Shown here: positions 36,023 to 46,263 of the stretch, piece after piece
Layout of the letters: the number at the start of each line of letters is the position of its first letter
Position numbering within the stretch: position 1 is the first letter of the stretch
DNA from: Minisyncoccota bacterium
Lineage (GTDB): Bacteria > Patescibacteriota > Minisyncoccia > Phycocordibacterales > UBA9973
Length of the DNA: 64,000 bases
Assembly: GCA_035548655.1 (NCBI GenBank)
Contig: DASZSN010000019.1
Coordinates: 15,245-79,244 of the forward strand
Reading direction: 5' to 3'
The notes under the pieces: generated by a model
Databases searched by the model: none
Seen by the model: only the letters and a program-made list of their open reading frames with translations
What the model was told of the DNA's origin: nothing
Translations under genes and position numbers: made by a program

Positions 36023-36830
36023 AATTAAGAGACCTTTTTGTCCCCATATTTATAGTCTTTTTTGATCTCTTGTCAGTAACAGGTGTGTGGAGTTTTCCTT
36101 TAATGACTTTTGCATAAAAATCATGATTGCCTTTTTCATGTTGTTTCTTAATTGGGTAGGCACATAAATCAACAAGCTGTATGCCTCTTGAATCCTCAGA
36201 ATCACATGAGTACACATCTTTATCTAAGCGTAATTGACTTACAACTTCTTCTGGAAAGTACCAGGTACCAAATCTTTTGAAACTTTCAAAAGATTTTTTT
36301 AAAATAAGATCATAGTGAGATTTCGTTCTATCAAACAAAATCTTTATGTTTGGGCGTTTATTTATAACATAAAATATTGCAATTCTTTCCCACAAATCGC
36401 CAAGCAGTGTTTGTTGTATTGAGTGCGCGGGATGTTTTTGTCCTGCGTGTTCTTTATTTGTAGTAACACTAATAATCTCAAACTCTGTCTCTTTTATCAA
36501 AGTCTTGATATGTGAACAAAATACATCATACAACTCCTGCGCTTCAGGAAATTGATAGAAAATATAAGGTGGGGTTTGCCCCTCTTTGAGGGTCCGTGGA
36601 TTAGACAATCTTATATAATTCGATTTTATTTCTTTATTTAAAAGATATGGGCTGTAAGTTTCACAAATTGCATTCATGCGACTTTTGAAAACCTCATATG
36701 CTTTTTGATGAATTACAACAGCAGCAATCGTAAAATACTTATCATGTTCTTGATGTTTACCTGAAACATAAGCATCTGGTGTTCCAGATTCATCGATAAA
36801 TATTCTAACTGTGTTGCCCGATATTGGCAT
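36021..36830 (-). CDS. DUF3800 domain protein (RNase H-like fold)
   Basis: IFIDESG, YFTIAAV, EIKS, ILFDR, DSEDSRGIQLVDLCAY. Confidence 0.88.
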   Translation of the reverse strand: MPISGNTVRIFIDESGTPDAYVSGKHQEHDKYFTIAAVVIHQKAYEVFKSRMNAICETYSPYLLNKEIKSNYIRLSNPRTLKEGQTPPYIFYQFPEAQELYDVFCSHIKTLIKETEFEIISVTTNKEHAGQKHPAHSIQQTLLGDLWERIAIFYVINKRPNIKILFDRTKSHYDLILKKSFESFKRFGTWYFPEEVVSQLRLDKDVYSCDSEDSRGIQLVDLCAYPIKKQHEKGNHDFYAKVIKGKLHTPVTDKRSKKTINMGTKRSLN

Positions 36831-36965
36831 AAGTACAAATATAACGAAAAAGAAGAAATGCTCAAAATACTAAAATGTCTTTTGAAGGACAACTTACCTA
36901 TGAATTATCCTAGAAATGAAAAAACAGGGTGTGCTAGAGAGTGCATTTAGAAAGAATAGTCTTAA

Positions 36966-36993
36966 TTGACAATTAAGTATTTAAATGTATAAT
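36966..36993 (+). promoter_or_regulatory. sigma70 promoter
   Basis: TTGACA-16 nt-TATAAT. Confidence 0.7.
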
Positions 36994-37058
36994 GATACCG
37001 ATAAACAATTTATCAACTGTATCGGCAGGAAAATCCGACGTTCTTAAAAAATTGAACA

Positions 37059-37916
37059 ATGAATACAAATTCAATTTGGCTTGTGGGAAGCTATGTCGTA
37101 CCGCTCGCCGCACTCACTGTTTTTGCTGTTCTCTATTTCATACGTTACAAGAGATACGTTATGGACAAAAACGGTTTTGCAGATTGCCAGTTTCTGGAAG
37201 ATCTCTGGAAAGGATACATCTTTGCTCGCTTGGCATTTGAGAAGCATCGAAGAGGTTCACGATTTTGGTGGTTTTTTTTCGGATCAAAATATGTTGACTT
37301 GGTGAATTTTCATTCCCAACAATGCGTCTACGAATTAGACCAGTTGGACCGCTTTGAGGAGTCGCATGATGTCCGTCCGTGCTTTAATCGAAAGTCATTC
37401 ATGAGACACTGGAAGGAAATGCATTCGATGCTTTTCAAAGATAGCTATTATTCCAAGGGTGAACATACATTCGACGAAAAGTATGGGTCAGATCCGTTTG
37501 GATGGATGACTGTTATGATCAAAAGTAAATTATTCGAATTGTACAAAAAACGTGCCCTTCAATTATTACGGACGAGGGGTTACTACGAATTTTCTAATTT
37601 TTTGTCTTCGAATTATGACAAAAGTAAACTATATCCACACAATGCCGCCTTTTCAATCATTGCAAGCGGGGAATGTCATCTGAAGATTATGGAGGAAAAT
37701 TCTCAAGAAATTGGAGAGCGAGTACGTCATGAAGTAAAAGAAATACTTTGCTCCCATAAAACTCCGAAAGTGAAATCTCAATTTGAGAGACTCCGATCGT
37801 TAGTGAATACTTTTGTCATTAAAGCTGAACGGGGTCATTATAATTGTCCTGGACTTTCAGAGATTCGAAAGGAGATTGATCAACTACTAGAAAAAGAAAA
37901 AATCGCTGTGCCGTAA
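37059..37916 (+). CDS. N-terminally membrane-anchored ORFan
   Basis: TM at the N-terminus, aromatic-rich; terminator AAAGCCTGTCTAC-AA-GTAGACAGGCTTT at 37933-37960. Confidence 0.7.
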   Translation: MNTNSIWLVGSYVVPLAALTVFAVLYFIRYKRYVMDKNGFADCQFLEDLWKGYIFARLAFEKHRRGSRFWWFFFGSKYVDLVNFHSQQCVYELDQLDRFEESHDVRPCFNRKSFMRHWKEMHSMLFKDSYYSKGEHTFDEKYGSDPFGWMTVMIKSKLFELYKKRALQLLRTRGYYEFSNFLSSNYDKSKLYPHNAAFSIIASGECHLKIMEENSQEIGERVRHEVKEILCSHKTPKVKSQFERLRSLVNTFVIKAERGHYNCPGLSEIRKEIDQLLEKEKIAVP

Positions 37917-37992
37917 ATTGAATTGTTTTTCCAAAGCCTGTCTACAAGTAGACAGGCTTTTTATTTGAGGGACAAACGAAATACTTCTTGTT

Positions 37993-38475
37993 TTACAAAT
38001 TCGTCGTTGGGTCGTCTGCAGAAGGACCGTAGATAGAGGGGACTTTGCCGCCTGCCATGCGAACGTAGACGGAGAGTTGACCGCGATGGTGAATCTGATC
38101 GCAGAGCATCATGAGTGCGAACGCGTCAGCGGAAAATTGTTTGCCGGCAAACTCGACGGATTTGGTGAAGTCCTCGTCGCGCAATGCTTCGATTTTTTCA
38201 ATCACTTGTTTCGTTTCGTGTTCGAAATCAGCAATCAACTCGTCGAGTGTTTCCTTTTCATACGTTTGAAAGACCGATCGATCTACCGTCTCGCCGAGGA
38301 TATAGGAGCGCATGAGATACATTTCAAAGACAAATGTCGCCATGAGACGCTTCGCCTGTTGGGAGCGTTCGTGCGGGGCAAAATGCATCTGTGTGTGCGG
38401 ATACGCGCGCATCACTCGAAGCGTGGTGGCACATTCTTTTCGAAACAATTGCAACAAATCATCTTTTTTGATCAT
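37993..38475 (-). CDS. DinB family protein
   Basis: DQIHHRGQLSVYVRMAGGKVPSIYGPSAD. Confidence 0.92.
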   Translation of the reverse strand: MIKKDDLLQLFRKECATTLRVMRAYPHTQMHFAPHERSQQAKRLMATFVFEMYLMRSYILGETVDRSVFQTYEKETLDELIADFEHETKQVIEKIEALRDEDFTKSVEFAGKQFSADAFALMMLCDQIHHRGQLSVYVRMAGGKVPSIYGPSADDPTTNL

Positions 38476-38552
38476 GATGGTGACAGTGTAGCATCAAAAA
38501 AGTATTCATTTAAAAATCCTCCGAAGGTGGCGGAGGATTTTTATTTTGTCAC

Positions 38553-39557
38553 TTATTGATATCTCGTTCCCTTTTTGTCATGCGCATAGGGGTTTGAGCG
38601 ACCGTGAAATTCGATATGGAGGTGCGGACCGGTAGATTTGCCGGTGCTTCCGACTTTTCCGATTTCTTGCCCTTTGGTCACACTCTCACCGACAGTCACT
38701 TCGACTTTGGAAAGGTGCGCGTAGAGGGTTTGAAATCCATTATGAGAAACGACGATAAAGTTGCCGAAGCCGCCATTGTATTTGCCGTTCCCTTTTGCCA
38801 CGATCACGGTACCATCAGCGACGGTGTGTACCGGGGTGCCGATAGGCGCTCCAATGTCGACTGCATTTACCGCGTGCAATCCTTGGGTGAGAACGCCGCC
38901 GATCACCGGAGTTGCGAGCCCGTCATCTTCGTGAGAAACACTGGTTGAACCTTCACTTGATCCACCGCCAGTGTTGCCTGTTGAACTCGATGATGAAGAG
39001 GACTTGGACGTTGCGGAAGTTGTAGGAGGAAGCGGTTCGGCATCCGGAATGATGAGTTTCATACCAGGCTTGATACTCTTTGCGTCGTCGATGTTGTTAA
39101 AATCGAGTATTTCCTGCTGATCGGCGTCAAACTTGTGCGCAATGCCGGAAACGGTATCACCATTTTTGACGGTGTATTGAATACCGGTAATCGGCAAAAT
39201 GACGAGCTTTTGACCGACACGGATGGTGTCTTTTTTGTTGAGATCGTTCGCCCACAGGATGGTCTGAACGGAAATATTGAACTTGTCGGCGATTTCCGAA
39301 ATGGTGTCGCCGCTTTGAACGGCATAGACCGTAATCTCGGGCTTGGCATCGTCGGCAATCGGGGTGACAGTGTCGTTCGGGGTGATTTGCCCGACTTCAT
39401 CCGCGGTCACTTGATCGCCCTTGACCTGCGAACCATAGGCTTTGGTGGCGATTTGACTTCCGAGGAGATGCGCCACGGAAACATTGACCGTCAAAAGCAC
39501 TCCGATAATGAAGAGGGTGCGCTTACGCGCAGCCGGACTTAATTTTTTAGGTATCAT
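38553..39557 (-). CDS. LysM + M23 peptidoglycan peptidase
   Basis: Two LysM domains (YAVQSGDTISEIA, YTVKNGDTVSGIA); HAVNAVD, YAHL, STGPHLH. Confidence 0.95.
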   Translation of the reverse strand: MIPKKLSPAARKRTLFIIGVLLTVNVSVAHLLGSQIATKAYGSQVKGDQVTADEVGQITPNDTVTPIADDAKPEITVYAVQSGDTISEIADKFNISVQTILWANDLNKKDTIRVGQKLVILPITGIQYTVKNGDTVSGIAHKFDADQQEILDFNNIDDAKSIKPGMKLIIPDAEPLPPTTSATSKSSSSSSSTGNTGGGSSEGSTSVSHEDDGLATPVIGGVLTQGLHAVNAVDIGAPIGTPVHTVADGTVIVAKGNGKYNGGFGNFIVVSHNGFQTLYAHLSKVEVTVGESVTKGQEIGKVGSTGKSTGPHLHIEFHGRSNPYAHDKKGTRYQ

Positions 39558-39770
39558 ACGGGTACAGGGTCAAATGATAGCAGGAAGGGTGAGGGGAGCC
39601 TTATAAAACAAGTGAATTTTGATATGTCAATGGAAATGGTGCTTATTTTTGTTGGGTTTTTTGATTGTTGACTATAAAATGTTGCATTGGATAATTTGGT
39701 AGCGTTGAAAAATAAGGGTATTTTTGGATTTTGATTTTTATAAAACCGGGTCTGTAGGTATACTGCCCAA

Positions 39771-41693
39771 GTGCAAACCTTTCTCGAAGGGCTCAATAAC
39801 GCCCAACAACAGGCCGTACTTGCGACTGAAGGGCCGCTTTTGATCGTTGCGGGAGCCGGAGCAGGCAAGACAAAGACCATTGCTCACCGCATTTGTCGGC
39901 TGGTGGCAAATGGCGTGTCACCCCGAGCAATTCTCGCTGTCACCTTTACCAACAAGGCGGCTCGCGAAATGCGTGAACGAGTACAGGGAATGCTCGCGGA
40001 ACTTCCCGAAGTTTTTCGGGAGGGGGAGACTCCGTTTGTGAGCACGTTTCATAGTCTGGGCGTTTTTTTGTTGCGAAAATTTGGCGCACACGAAGGAGAG
40101 ATGAAGCGGTTTGTTATTTTGGATGAGCAGGACGCGCTCTCACTCATCAAAGAAGCGCTCGTCTCTCTCGGGCTCGAACCGAAACAACATGACCCGCGAG
40201 CCATCAAAGGTACTATCAGCAGATCAAAAAACGACATGATCGCCCCGGAAGAGTTGCTCCAAGATGCAAATCCCCGGCATCGCCTCGCCGGACGAGTGTG
40301 GCAGGTCTACGATCGACTCAAACGCCAGCAGAAAGCGCTCGACTTCGACGATCTTTTGTTGGAAACGGCAACACTTCTTGCAAAAAACAACGAAGCGCTC
40401 GCATGGTGCCACGCCACCTGGAAATACATTCACGTCGATGAGTATCAAGACACCAACGATGTGCAGTACGATATCGCCCGCGCACTCGCGGGGACGGAAA
40501 AAAATCTCTGCGTCGTGGGCGACAGCGACCAGAGTATCTACTCGTGGCGCGGCGCGAACATAAAAAATATTTTGGAATTTGAAAAAGATTTTCCGGAAGC
40601 CACCGTCGTGGTGCTCGGCGAAAATTATCGCTCGACAAAAAATGTCATCGCCGCGGCAAACGAGATTATCAGCAAAAATGATTTTCGCACCAAAAAAGAA
40701 CTTTTTACCAACAACGCAGATGGTGAACACATCTCTCTCTATGCCGCCTACGATGAAGCCGACGAGGCAAACTTTATCGTCGAGCGCGTGATCGAACATA
40801 TGGATGCAAAAACGCCGGCAGAAAACATCGCGGTGTTGTTTCGGACCAACTTTCAATCACGCGTACTCGAAGAAGCGTTTCTTGATGCAAGCATTCCGTA
40901 TCATGTGCTCGGGGTCAGATTTTTTGAACGAAAAGAAATCAAAGACGCGCTCGCATACATACGCGCCGCACTCAATCCCGACTCGCTCGTCGATATCAAA
41001 CGAAGTATCGCAACACCCTCGCGCGGCATCGGAAAAGTGACGCTTGCGAAACTGTTTGCCGGAGAGCGCAACGATCTTTCAGGAAAAATGAAACTCGCCA
41101 CTGACAATTATTTTTCACTGCTCGAAAAAATCGCACACATCGCTGATACCCGAAACACCAGCGAGACGCTTCGATTTGTCATAAAAGAAAGCGGCATGGA
41201 AGCAATGTACAAAGACGAAGGTGATGATGAGCGGCTCGAGAACTTGCGCGAGCTGGTCACCCTCGGAGTGAAATACGACCGGTTTGCGGGACGAGATGGT
41301 ATCGAAAAACTCCTTGAAGAAGCAACCTTGATGAGCGACCAGGACGCACTCGATGATGAGAGTAAAAAAGGAGTGAAGCTTATGACGGTGCATGCGGCAA
41401 AGGGGCTTGAGTTTGAGGTGGTGTTTGTCGCCGGACTCGAGCAGGGACTTTTCCCGCACGAACGCGATGAAAAACTGACCGGACCTGATGCAGAGGAGGA
41501 ACGACGACTCATGTATGTTGCCATCACACGCGCCCGCAAAAAGTTGTATCTCACGTACGCGAGCGTGCGTACGATTTACGGCATGCGAGACGTGCGCATG
41601 CCGAGTGAATTTCTCCTCGACATCCCCGAAGAGCTCATCGAGCGAGAAAGCAGAGAGGGGGAAGTCGGATTTGGAACGACGGTGTATTTGTAA
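39771..41693 (+). CDS. pcrA: UvrD/PcrA DNA helicase
   Basis: AGAGAGKT, VTFTNKAAREM, VDEYQDTN, VGDSDQSIYSWRGA, ENYRST, TVHAAKGLEF, EERRLMYVAITRA. Confidence 0.96.
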   Translation: MQTFLEGLNNAQQQAVLATEGPLLIVAGAGAGKTKTIAHRICRLVANGVSPRAILAVTFTNKAAREMRERVQGMLAELPEVFREGETPFVSTFHSLGVFLLRKFGAHEGEMKRFVILDEQDALSLIKEALVSLGLEPKQHDPRAIKGTISRSKNDMIAPEELLQDANPRHRLAGRVWQVYDRLKRQQKALDFDDLLLETATLLAKNNEALAWCHATWKYIHVDEYQDTNDVQYDIARALAGTEKNLCVVGDSDQSIYSWRGANIKNILEFEKDFPEATVVVLGENYRSTKNVIAAANEIISKNDFRTKKELFTNNADGEHISLYAAYDEADEANFIVERVIEHMDAKTPAENIAVLFRTNFQSRVLEEAFLDASIPYHVLGVRFFERKEIKDALAYIRAALNPDSLVDIKRSIATPSRGIGKVTLAKLFAGERNDLSGKMKLATDNYFSLLEKIAHIADTRNTSETLRFVIKESGMEAMYKDEGDDERLENLRELVTLGVKYDRFAGRDGIEKLLEEATLMSDQDALDDESKKGVKLMTVHAAKGLEFEVVFVAGLEQGLFPHERDEKLTGPDAEEERRLMYVAITRARKKLYLTYASVRTIYGMRDVRMPSEFLLDIPEELIERESREGEVGFGTTVYL

Positions 41694-41723
41694 ATTAATG
41701 GAAAATAATTGAAAGTAATTGGC

Positions 41724-42518
41724 ATGAAAGCAAAAAAATCACTCGGGCAACATTTTTTGAAATCACCAACCGCGCTTGCGAAGATTGTTGACGCTGGTGA
41801 TATTCATGCAGATGATATTGTTCTAGAAATCGGACCGGGGATGGGGATTCTCACTGAAAAAATGATTTTGCGTGCAAACAAAGTTATTGCAGTAGAAAAA
41901 GATCGCGAGCTTGTTGGTTTCTTGAAAGAAAAGTTTTCAGATGCAATACAAAAAACACGACTCGATATTGTCGAAAAAGATATTTTACAATTTGATCCGG
42001 GATTGTTACGGTTTTACCACAAACCATATAAGCTCATTGCAAATATTCCGTACTACATTACTGGTGCAATTCTTGAAAAGTTTTTAAGTGCAGAGTATCA
42101 ACCAGAACGGATGGTGCTTTTACTACAAAAAGAGGTGGCGGATCGAATCGTTGCTCGTAACAAAAGAGAAACTATTTTATCTATTTCAGTGAAGGTGTTT
42201 GGAAAAGCAACGGTTGTCGCAAAAGTTCCGGCAGGAGCATTCAATCCGCCACCAAAGGTTGATTCGGCACTACTGGTGATTGACGAGATTTCTCGGGATT
42301 TTTTTGACGACGTTGATGAAAAGAAGTTTTTTGAACTGGTGCGCTTTTTGTTCGGCAAAAAGCGAGGGCAGATCGGCGGAAGCCTCGCGAAATTTCTTGG
42401 CAACAAAGCGCGCGCGCATGCGTGCCTTGAAACGGTCGGGTTTGATCCGAGACTTCGTCCAGAAAATCTCTCAGTCGCCCAGTGGAGAGTGTTAACGAAA
42501 ACCATACAAGAGTGTTAA
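41724..42518 (+). CDS. rsmA: 16S rRNA m6,2A dimethyltransferase
   Basis: KKSLGQHFL, LEIGPGMG, NIPYYIT, QKEVADR, FNPPPKVDS. Confidence 0.97.
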   Translation: MKAKKSLGQHFLKSPTALAKIVDAGDIHADDIVLEIGPGMGILTEKMILRANKVIAVEKDRELVGFLKEKFSDAIQKTRLDIVEKDILQFDPGLLRFYHKPYKLIANIPYYITGAILEKFLSAEYQPERMVLLLQKEVADRIVARNKRETILSISVKVFGKATVVAKVPAGAFNPPPKVDSALLVIDEISRDFFDDVDEKKFFELVRFLFGKKRGQIGGSLAKFLGNKARAHACLETVGFDPRLRPENLSVAQWRVLTKTIQEC

Positions 42519-42527
42519 AATCAACCT

Positions 42528-43037
42528 ATGACTTCTCGCAAAACACACAAGATAGTAGGCACCCTGTCATTTCTTTTGATTGTCTTTACCACGATGCTCG
42601 GCGCCACTGCTGCCATGGCAACATCCGCGCCATTAACCCTTCCGTTCGGCGGACGCATCATCTCCACGACCGTTCCGACGGTGACTTGTCCGGGTGGTAC
42701 CGCACTCGGCACTGGTCCGTTGGTACTCTTTAGCAATCTCACATCGCTAGGCTCGGCCGCATACTCAGCGGTCAATCCCGGCAATAGCCAAACCGGATTT
42801 CAGCAGACAGTCAATATTGCGAATGGCATTTATAACGCTATTCCGTATTTTTCCATATCAAAGACAAAGACCCCAAAAGTGGGGGACTGGATTTTGGGTC
42901 GATACAATGTCATCCCCGATGTTTCACTTTGTCAGACTGATGCGTTCGGAGCACCAGTGCCGTTCCCGGTGAAAAAAACGACAACATTCAACATTTCAAA
43001 TCATTCGAAAGGGCTCGGTAATCTGCAACAGCCATAA
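42528..43037 (+). CDS. Secreted hypothetical protein
   Basis: Signal peptide; PFGGRI...C...G.WILG...C pattern. Confidence 0.75.
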   Translation: MTSRKTHKIVGTLSFLLIVFTTMLGATAAMATSAPLTLPFGGRIISTTVPTVTCPGGTALGTGPLVLFSNLTSLGSAAYSAVNPGNSQTGFQQTVNIANGIYNAIPYFSISKTKTPKVGDWILGRYNVIPDVSLCQTDAFGAPVPFPVKKTTTFNISNHSKGLGNLQQP

Positions 43038-43041
43038 CTTC

Positions 43042-43935
43042 ATGGAGCACACCACAAGACCAAGCAAACAATTCATCATTCGCGGATCCATCGCGATCGG
43101 CGTTGTCGTTGTCGTACTTACACTACAGACATCATGGGTTAGGGGACTGTTTCACAAAAAGGCCACCTCAACAGAAGCACCTGCGCAGACGGTGGGTGAT
43201 CTATTAACAAAAGACTCCAACGGCAACGGCGTCCCCGATTGGGAAGAAAAACTCTGGGGGCTTGATCCGACCTCTCTGTACACTAACGGCGTCCCGAACA
43301 AGCAGATCATTGAGGAGAAGAAGAAAGCGCTTGGGGTGACCGATCAGACGAACAGCGAACCGGAAAATGAAACCGACGCGCTTGCTCGTGAGTTGTTTAC
43401 GGTTGCAACAGCGCTCGGTGAATCCGGGGACGTCAGCGATACGACGCTTCAAGCGGTCGCAAAAAAACTCGTACAATCAGTCACCTTGGGAGATTTTGGA
43501 AAGCAGTATTTGTTAAGTGATTTGCATACCGTGCCGACAACCACCGCGTCATTGAGCGCATATTACAAAACAGTTCAAAAGGCGGTTGCGAGCTACACCG
43601 CAAGTACCCCCGATATTGAGGTAGTTGTGAATGCACTCCAGACGGGAGACTTAAGCCAGGTGCCGACACTCGCAAATACCAAAACGGTGTATGAGACATT
43701 TTCAAAAAATCTTTCGACTATTTCGGTGCCGATTGGCATCGAACAATATCACCTTGATCTGGTGAACGGGCTCTCTGGCATGGCAGTATCGTTTAAATAT
43801 CTCGCTGATCTCGCGGACAACGGTGTAAATGCGGTGGTCGGCATGGCACTCTATCGAATCTATGACGATCAGATATCGGCGGCGACGAGTGCCCTGCACG
43901 ATTATTTCGTTCGGTACGGTATAATAAGTAGTTAG
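43042..43935 (+). CDS. Membrane-anchored protein with Ca-binding (TSP3-like) motif
   Basis: TM followed by DSNGNGVPDWEEKLWGLDP. Confidence 0.8.
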   Translation: MEHTTRPSKQFIIRGSIAIGVVVVVLTLQTSWVRGLFHKKATSTEAPAQTVGDLLTKDSNGNGVPDWEEKLWGLDPTSLYTNGVPNKQIIEEKKKALGVTDQTNSEPENETDALARELFTVATALGESGDVSDTTLQAVAKKLVQSVTLGDFGKQYLLSDLHTVPTTTASLSAYYKTVQKAVASYTASTPDIEVVVNALQTGDLSQVPTLANTKTVYETFSKNLSTISVPIGIEQYHLDLVNGLSGMAVSFKYLADLADNGVNAVVGMALYRIYDDQISAATSALHDYFVRYGIISS

Positions 43936-43959
43936 TAGGAAGTAGAAAGTAGTGAATAG
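43925..43959. repeat. Five degenerate heptamer tandem repeats
   Basis: TAAGTAG TTAGTAG GAAGTAG AAAGTAG TGAATAG. Confidence 0.65.
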
Positions 43960-46261
43960 CAACCGTCACAACACCACAACGATAAAAGGTCAGACCATTG
44001 CTCTGGTGGTGATCATTGTTCTCTTTTTTCAACCGCTTTTTGCGTCCGCGCAAGAGCACTCTACCACCAACACAACTACAACAGGGTCCACAGGAACATC
44101 AACATCTTCGACCAGTCAACTGACTCCTCAACAGCAACAAAACCTTTCAGCTTCTGCACAGGTTCGACAACGATTTGACCCAACCGTCACGCTCGGTAAT
44201 GGCAGTAGAACATTTTCAGGAATTTCTTTTACTGGAGTCTTCGGCGCCATTGCCGGCTGTACAAATGTCGGAGGATCAATCGTCAGCGGCATCAGCTCAA
44301 TCAGTAGTAGTTTGAGCGGGCTTTTTTCAAGCAAACCCGGAAGTTTGCCGGGAGACCAGCACGCAGGATCATCAACCACATCCGGAGGAGGAGCGCATGA
44401 TAGTGCGGCACCACCGCCACCATTGCAATCAAAAGGTTCGGCGGCGCAAGGAATCTCTGACGCACTCGGAGAGAGTGGATTGAACGCCGATAATCAAAAT
44501 GTTCCGACCACTGACAAGACGACGCAAGATCAACTCAAACAAATCAACCAGCGCGAGGCGTGTCTCAATGGCGTCGCGTACGCAATCGAAAAAAATCTCT
44601 TGCAACAGGTGATCCAAAAAATGCTCACGTTCGTCAACACCGGCATGAATGGCAATCCGCTCTATGTGCGGGATATTGACTCATATCTTAAAACCGTCTC
44701 TGACCAACGTATCTCGATCTTTCTCGACAACGTTCTCTCCGATAACCCGATTTTTGGAAATGCGATTCGTTCCATCGTCACCGAAAACGTGACAGGGTTA
44801 AGCGACGGGCTTATCAATAAGGTCATGGACACTCCAGAGGCGAAGGCGTATCAAAATTTTCAAAACGATTTCAACAACGGGGGGTGGGAAGCATTTCTCA
44901 ACCCGCGCAACAGCCCCATCGATGCTATCTTTAATGCCGCCGACAATTTAAGTCGAGACATCTCCACTGAACAACAAAACGTAAAAGATCAACTCCAACG
45001 AAACAGCGGCTACCTCGATGTACAAAAATGCGTTCAGTACGCAAGCGTCGATACCCAACAAACGCTCGATCAACAGTGTTTGAAATGGGAGACAGTCACC
45101 CCTGGCTCCGTCATTGCCGCTCAGGTCGCTGCGATTAGCACTACTCAGATCCATCAGCTCGAACAAGCAGATCAGATCAACGAAGTCGTCGGGAGTTTCT
45201 TTGACAACCTCGTCAACAATCTCATCTCGCAAGGACTCAGCTCGCTTGGCAACAAGCGCGGATCGGGTTTCCGCTACGGTGGCACCGGTCTCAATGTCGT
45301 CCTCGGTGCCAATGGTCAACCAATAAGCAGTGTGGCATCGGGAGAGGACGCACTTGGATATAGTGCGTCCTCTGGCAGCAACGTACTTCCGAGTGATTTT
45401 GATGTCAGTCATCCAAAGGACATCCGTGCGGTACTCCAAGCACAATACAACTATCTCAATCGCGTACTCGACGCGCGTACGGCGCTCAACAAAATCGTTC
45501 CGACGCTCGGGGCGCTTGATTATTGTATCCCTGGGCCAAACCCGACGTGGGCGGACGGACTTGCTGACAATGCGAATACGTTTTTTGGCAGTTTGCAAGT
45601 GGTACAGAAAGATTCCACACTCGCGCAACGAATATTTAGTTTTCTCGGTGGGTTGCTCGGCAATTTGCTTGGAAGTAACGATCCGCACGCTGTCGCCGCA
45701 AGCGGCACTGCTCTCTTCGACAAAGTCACAAACGGTCCGCAGGTGCTTAGTGACATCGTGCTCCAACGACCGGGTCACTCTCCTGAGAATATTGTGGGTC
45801 TGACGGAGAACGCATACAACGACTTGTTGACCACGTACCAACAGACATACACACAGGCAAATATTGAAAATGCTTTTATGTCGGTCGATCCAACCAATCA
45901 GGCGTACGCAAAGGGATTTGTCGACAGTGCATTTGAAGAAACCGCCAAACTTCCACAATATGCTCAAGGTGCGATTGCAATCGACCGATCATACAGTCAG
46001 ATTGAAAACGACATGTATGACTCGATCAACGAACTCGAGAGTATTCGCGCGGAAGCCGACGATATCGTCGCAACAGCGAAAGCTCGCTACATCGCGGAGA
46101 AAGCCGCCGCGGGTACACCAGTAAATGTTTCATGTCTCGATAGTGTCTATGGCATCGATGATTCGCCGATCGTACCGGTCGCGCGACAAGAGTCCGATGG
46201 ACAATCGCCGCTTTTCAATCAGTTCATCGAGGCGAACAATTATTTCTATAGTAATCTATAA
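43952..46261 (+). CDS. Large secreted protein of the T4SS-like cluster
   Basis: Signal peptide; GNPLYV, FNNGGWEAF, TVTPGSVI, QADQINEVV, YCIPGPNPTW. Confidence 0.8.
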   Translation: MNSNRHNTTTIKGQTIALVVIIVLFFQPLFASAQEHSTTNTTTTGSTGTSTSSTSQLTPQQQQNLSASAQVRQRFDPTVTLGNGSRTFSGISFTGVFGAIAGCTNVGGSIVSGISSISSSLSGLFSSKPGSLPGDQHAGSSTTSGGGAHDSAAPPPPLQSKGSAAQGISDALGESGLNADNQNVPTTDKTTQDQLKQINQREACLNGVAYAIEKNLLQQVIQKMLTFVNTGMNGNPLYVRDIDSYLKTVSDQRISIFLDNVLSDNPIFGNAIRSIVTENVTGLSDGLINKVMDTPEAKAYQNFQNDFNNGGWEAFLNPRNSPIDAIFNAADNLSRDISTEQQNVKDQLQRNSGYLDVQKCVQYASVDTQQTLDQQCLKWETVTPGSVIAAQVAAISTTQIHQLEQADQINEVVGSFFDNLVNNLISQGLSSLGNKRGSGFRYGGTGLNVVLGANGQPISSVASGEDALGYSASSGSNVLPSDFDVSHPKDIRAVLQAQYNYLNRVLDARTALNKIVPTLGALDYCIPGPNPTWADGLADNANTFFGSLQVVQKDSTLAQRIFSFLGGLLGNLLGSNDPHAVAASGTALFDKVTNGPQVLSDIVLQRPGHSPENIVGLTENAYNDLLTTYQQTYTQANIENAFMSVDPTNQAYAKGFVDSAFEETAKLPQYAQGAIAIDRSYSQIENDMYDSINELESIRAEADDIVATAKARYIAEKAAAGTPVNVSCLDSVYGIDDSPIVPVARQESDGQSPLFNQFIEANNYFYSNL

Positions 46262-46263
46262 TC

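Noticed and set aside
44948-45967. 339-aa antisense ORF and the many other shadow ORFs in the track
   Set aside because: They overlap well-supported genes on the opposite strand or frame and have no recognisable motifs
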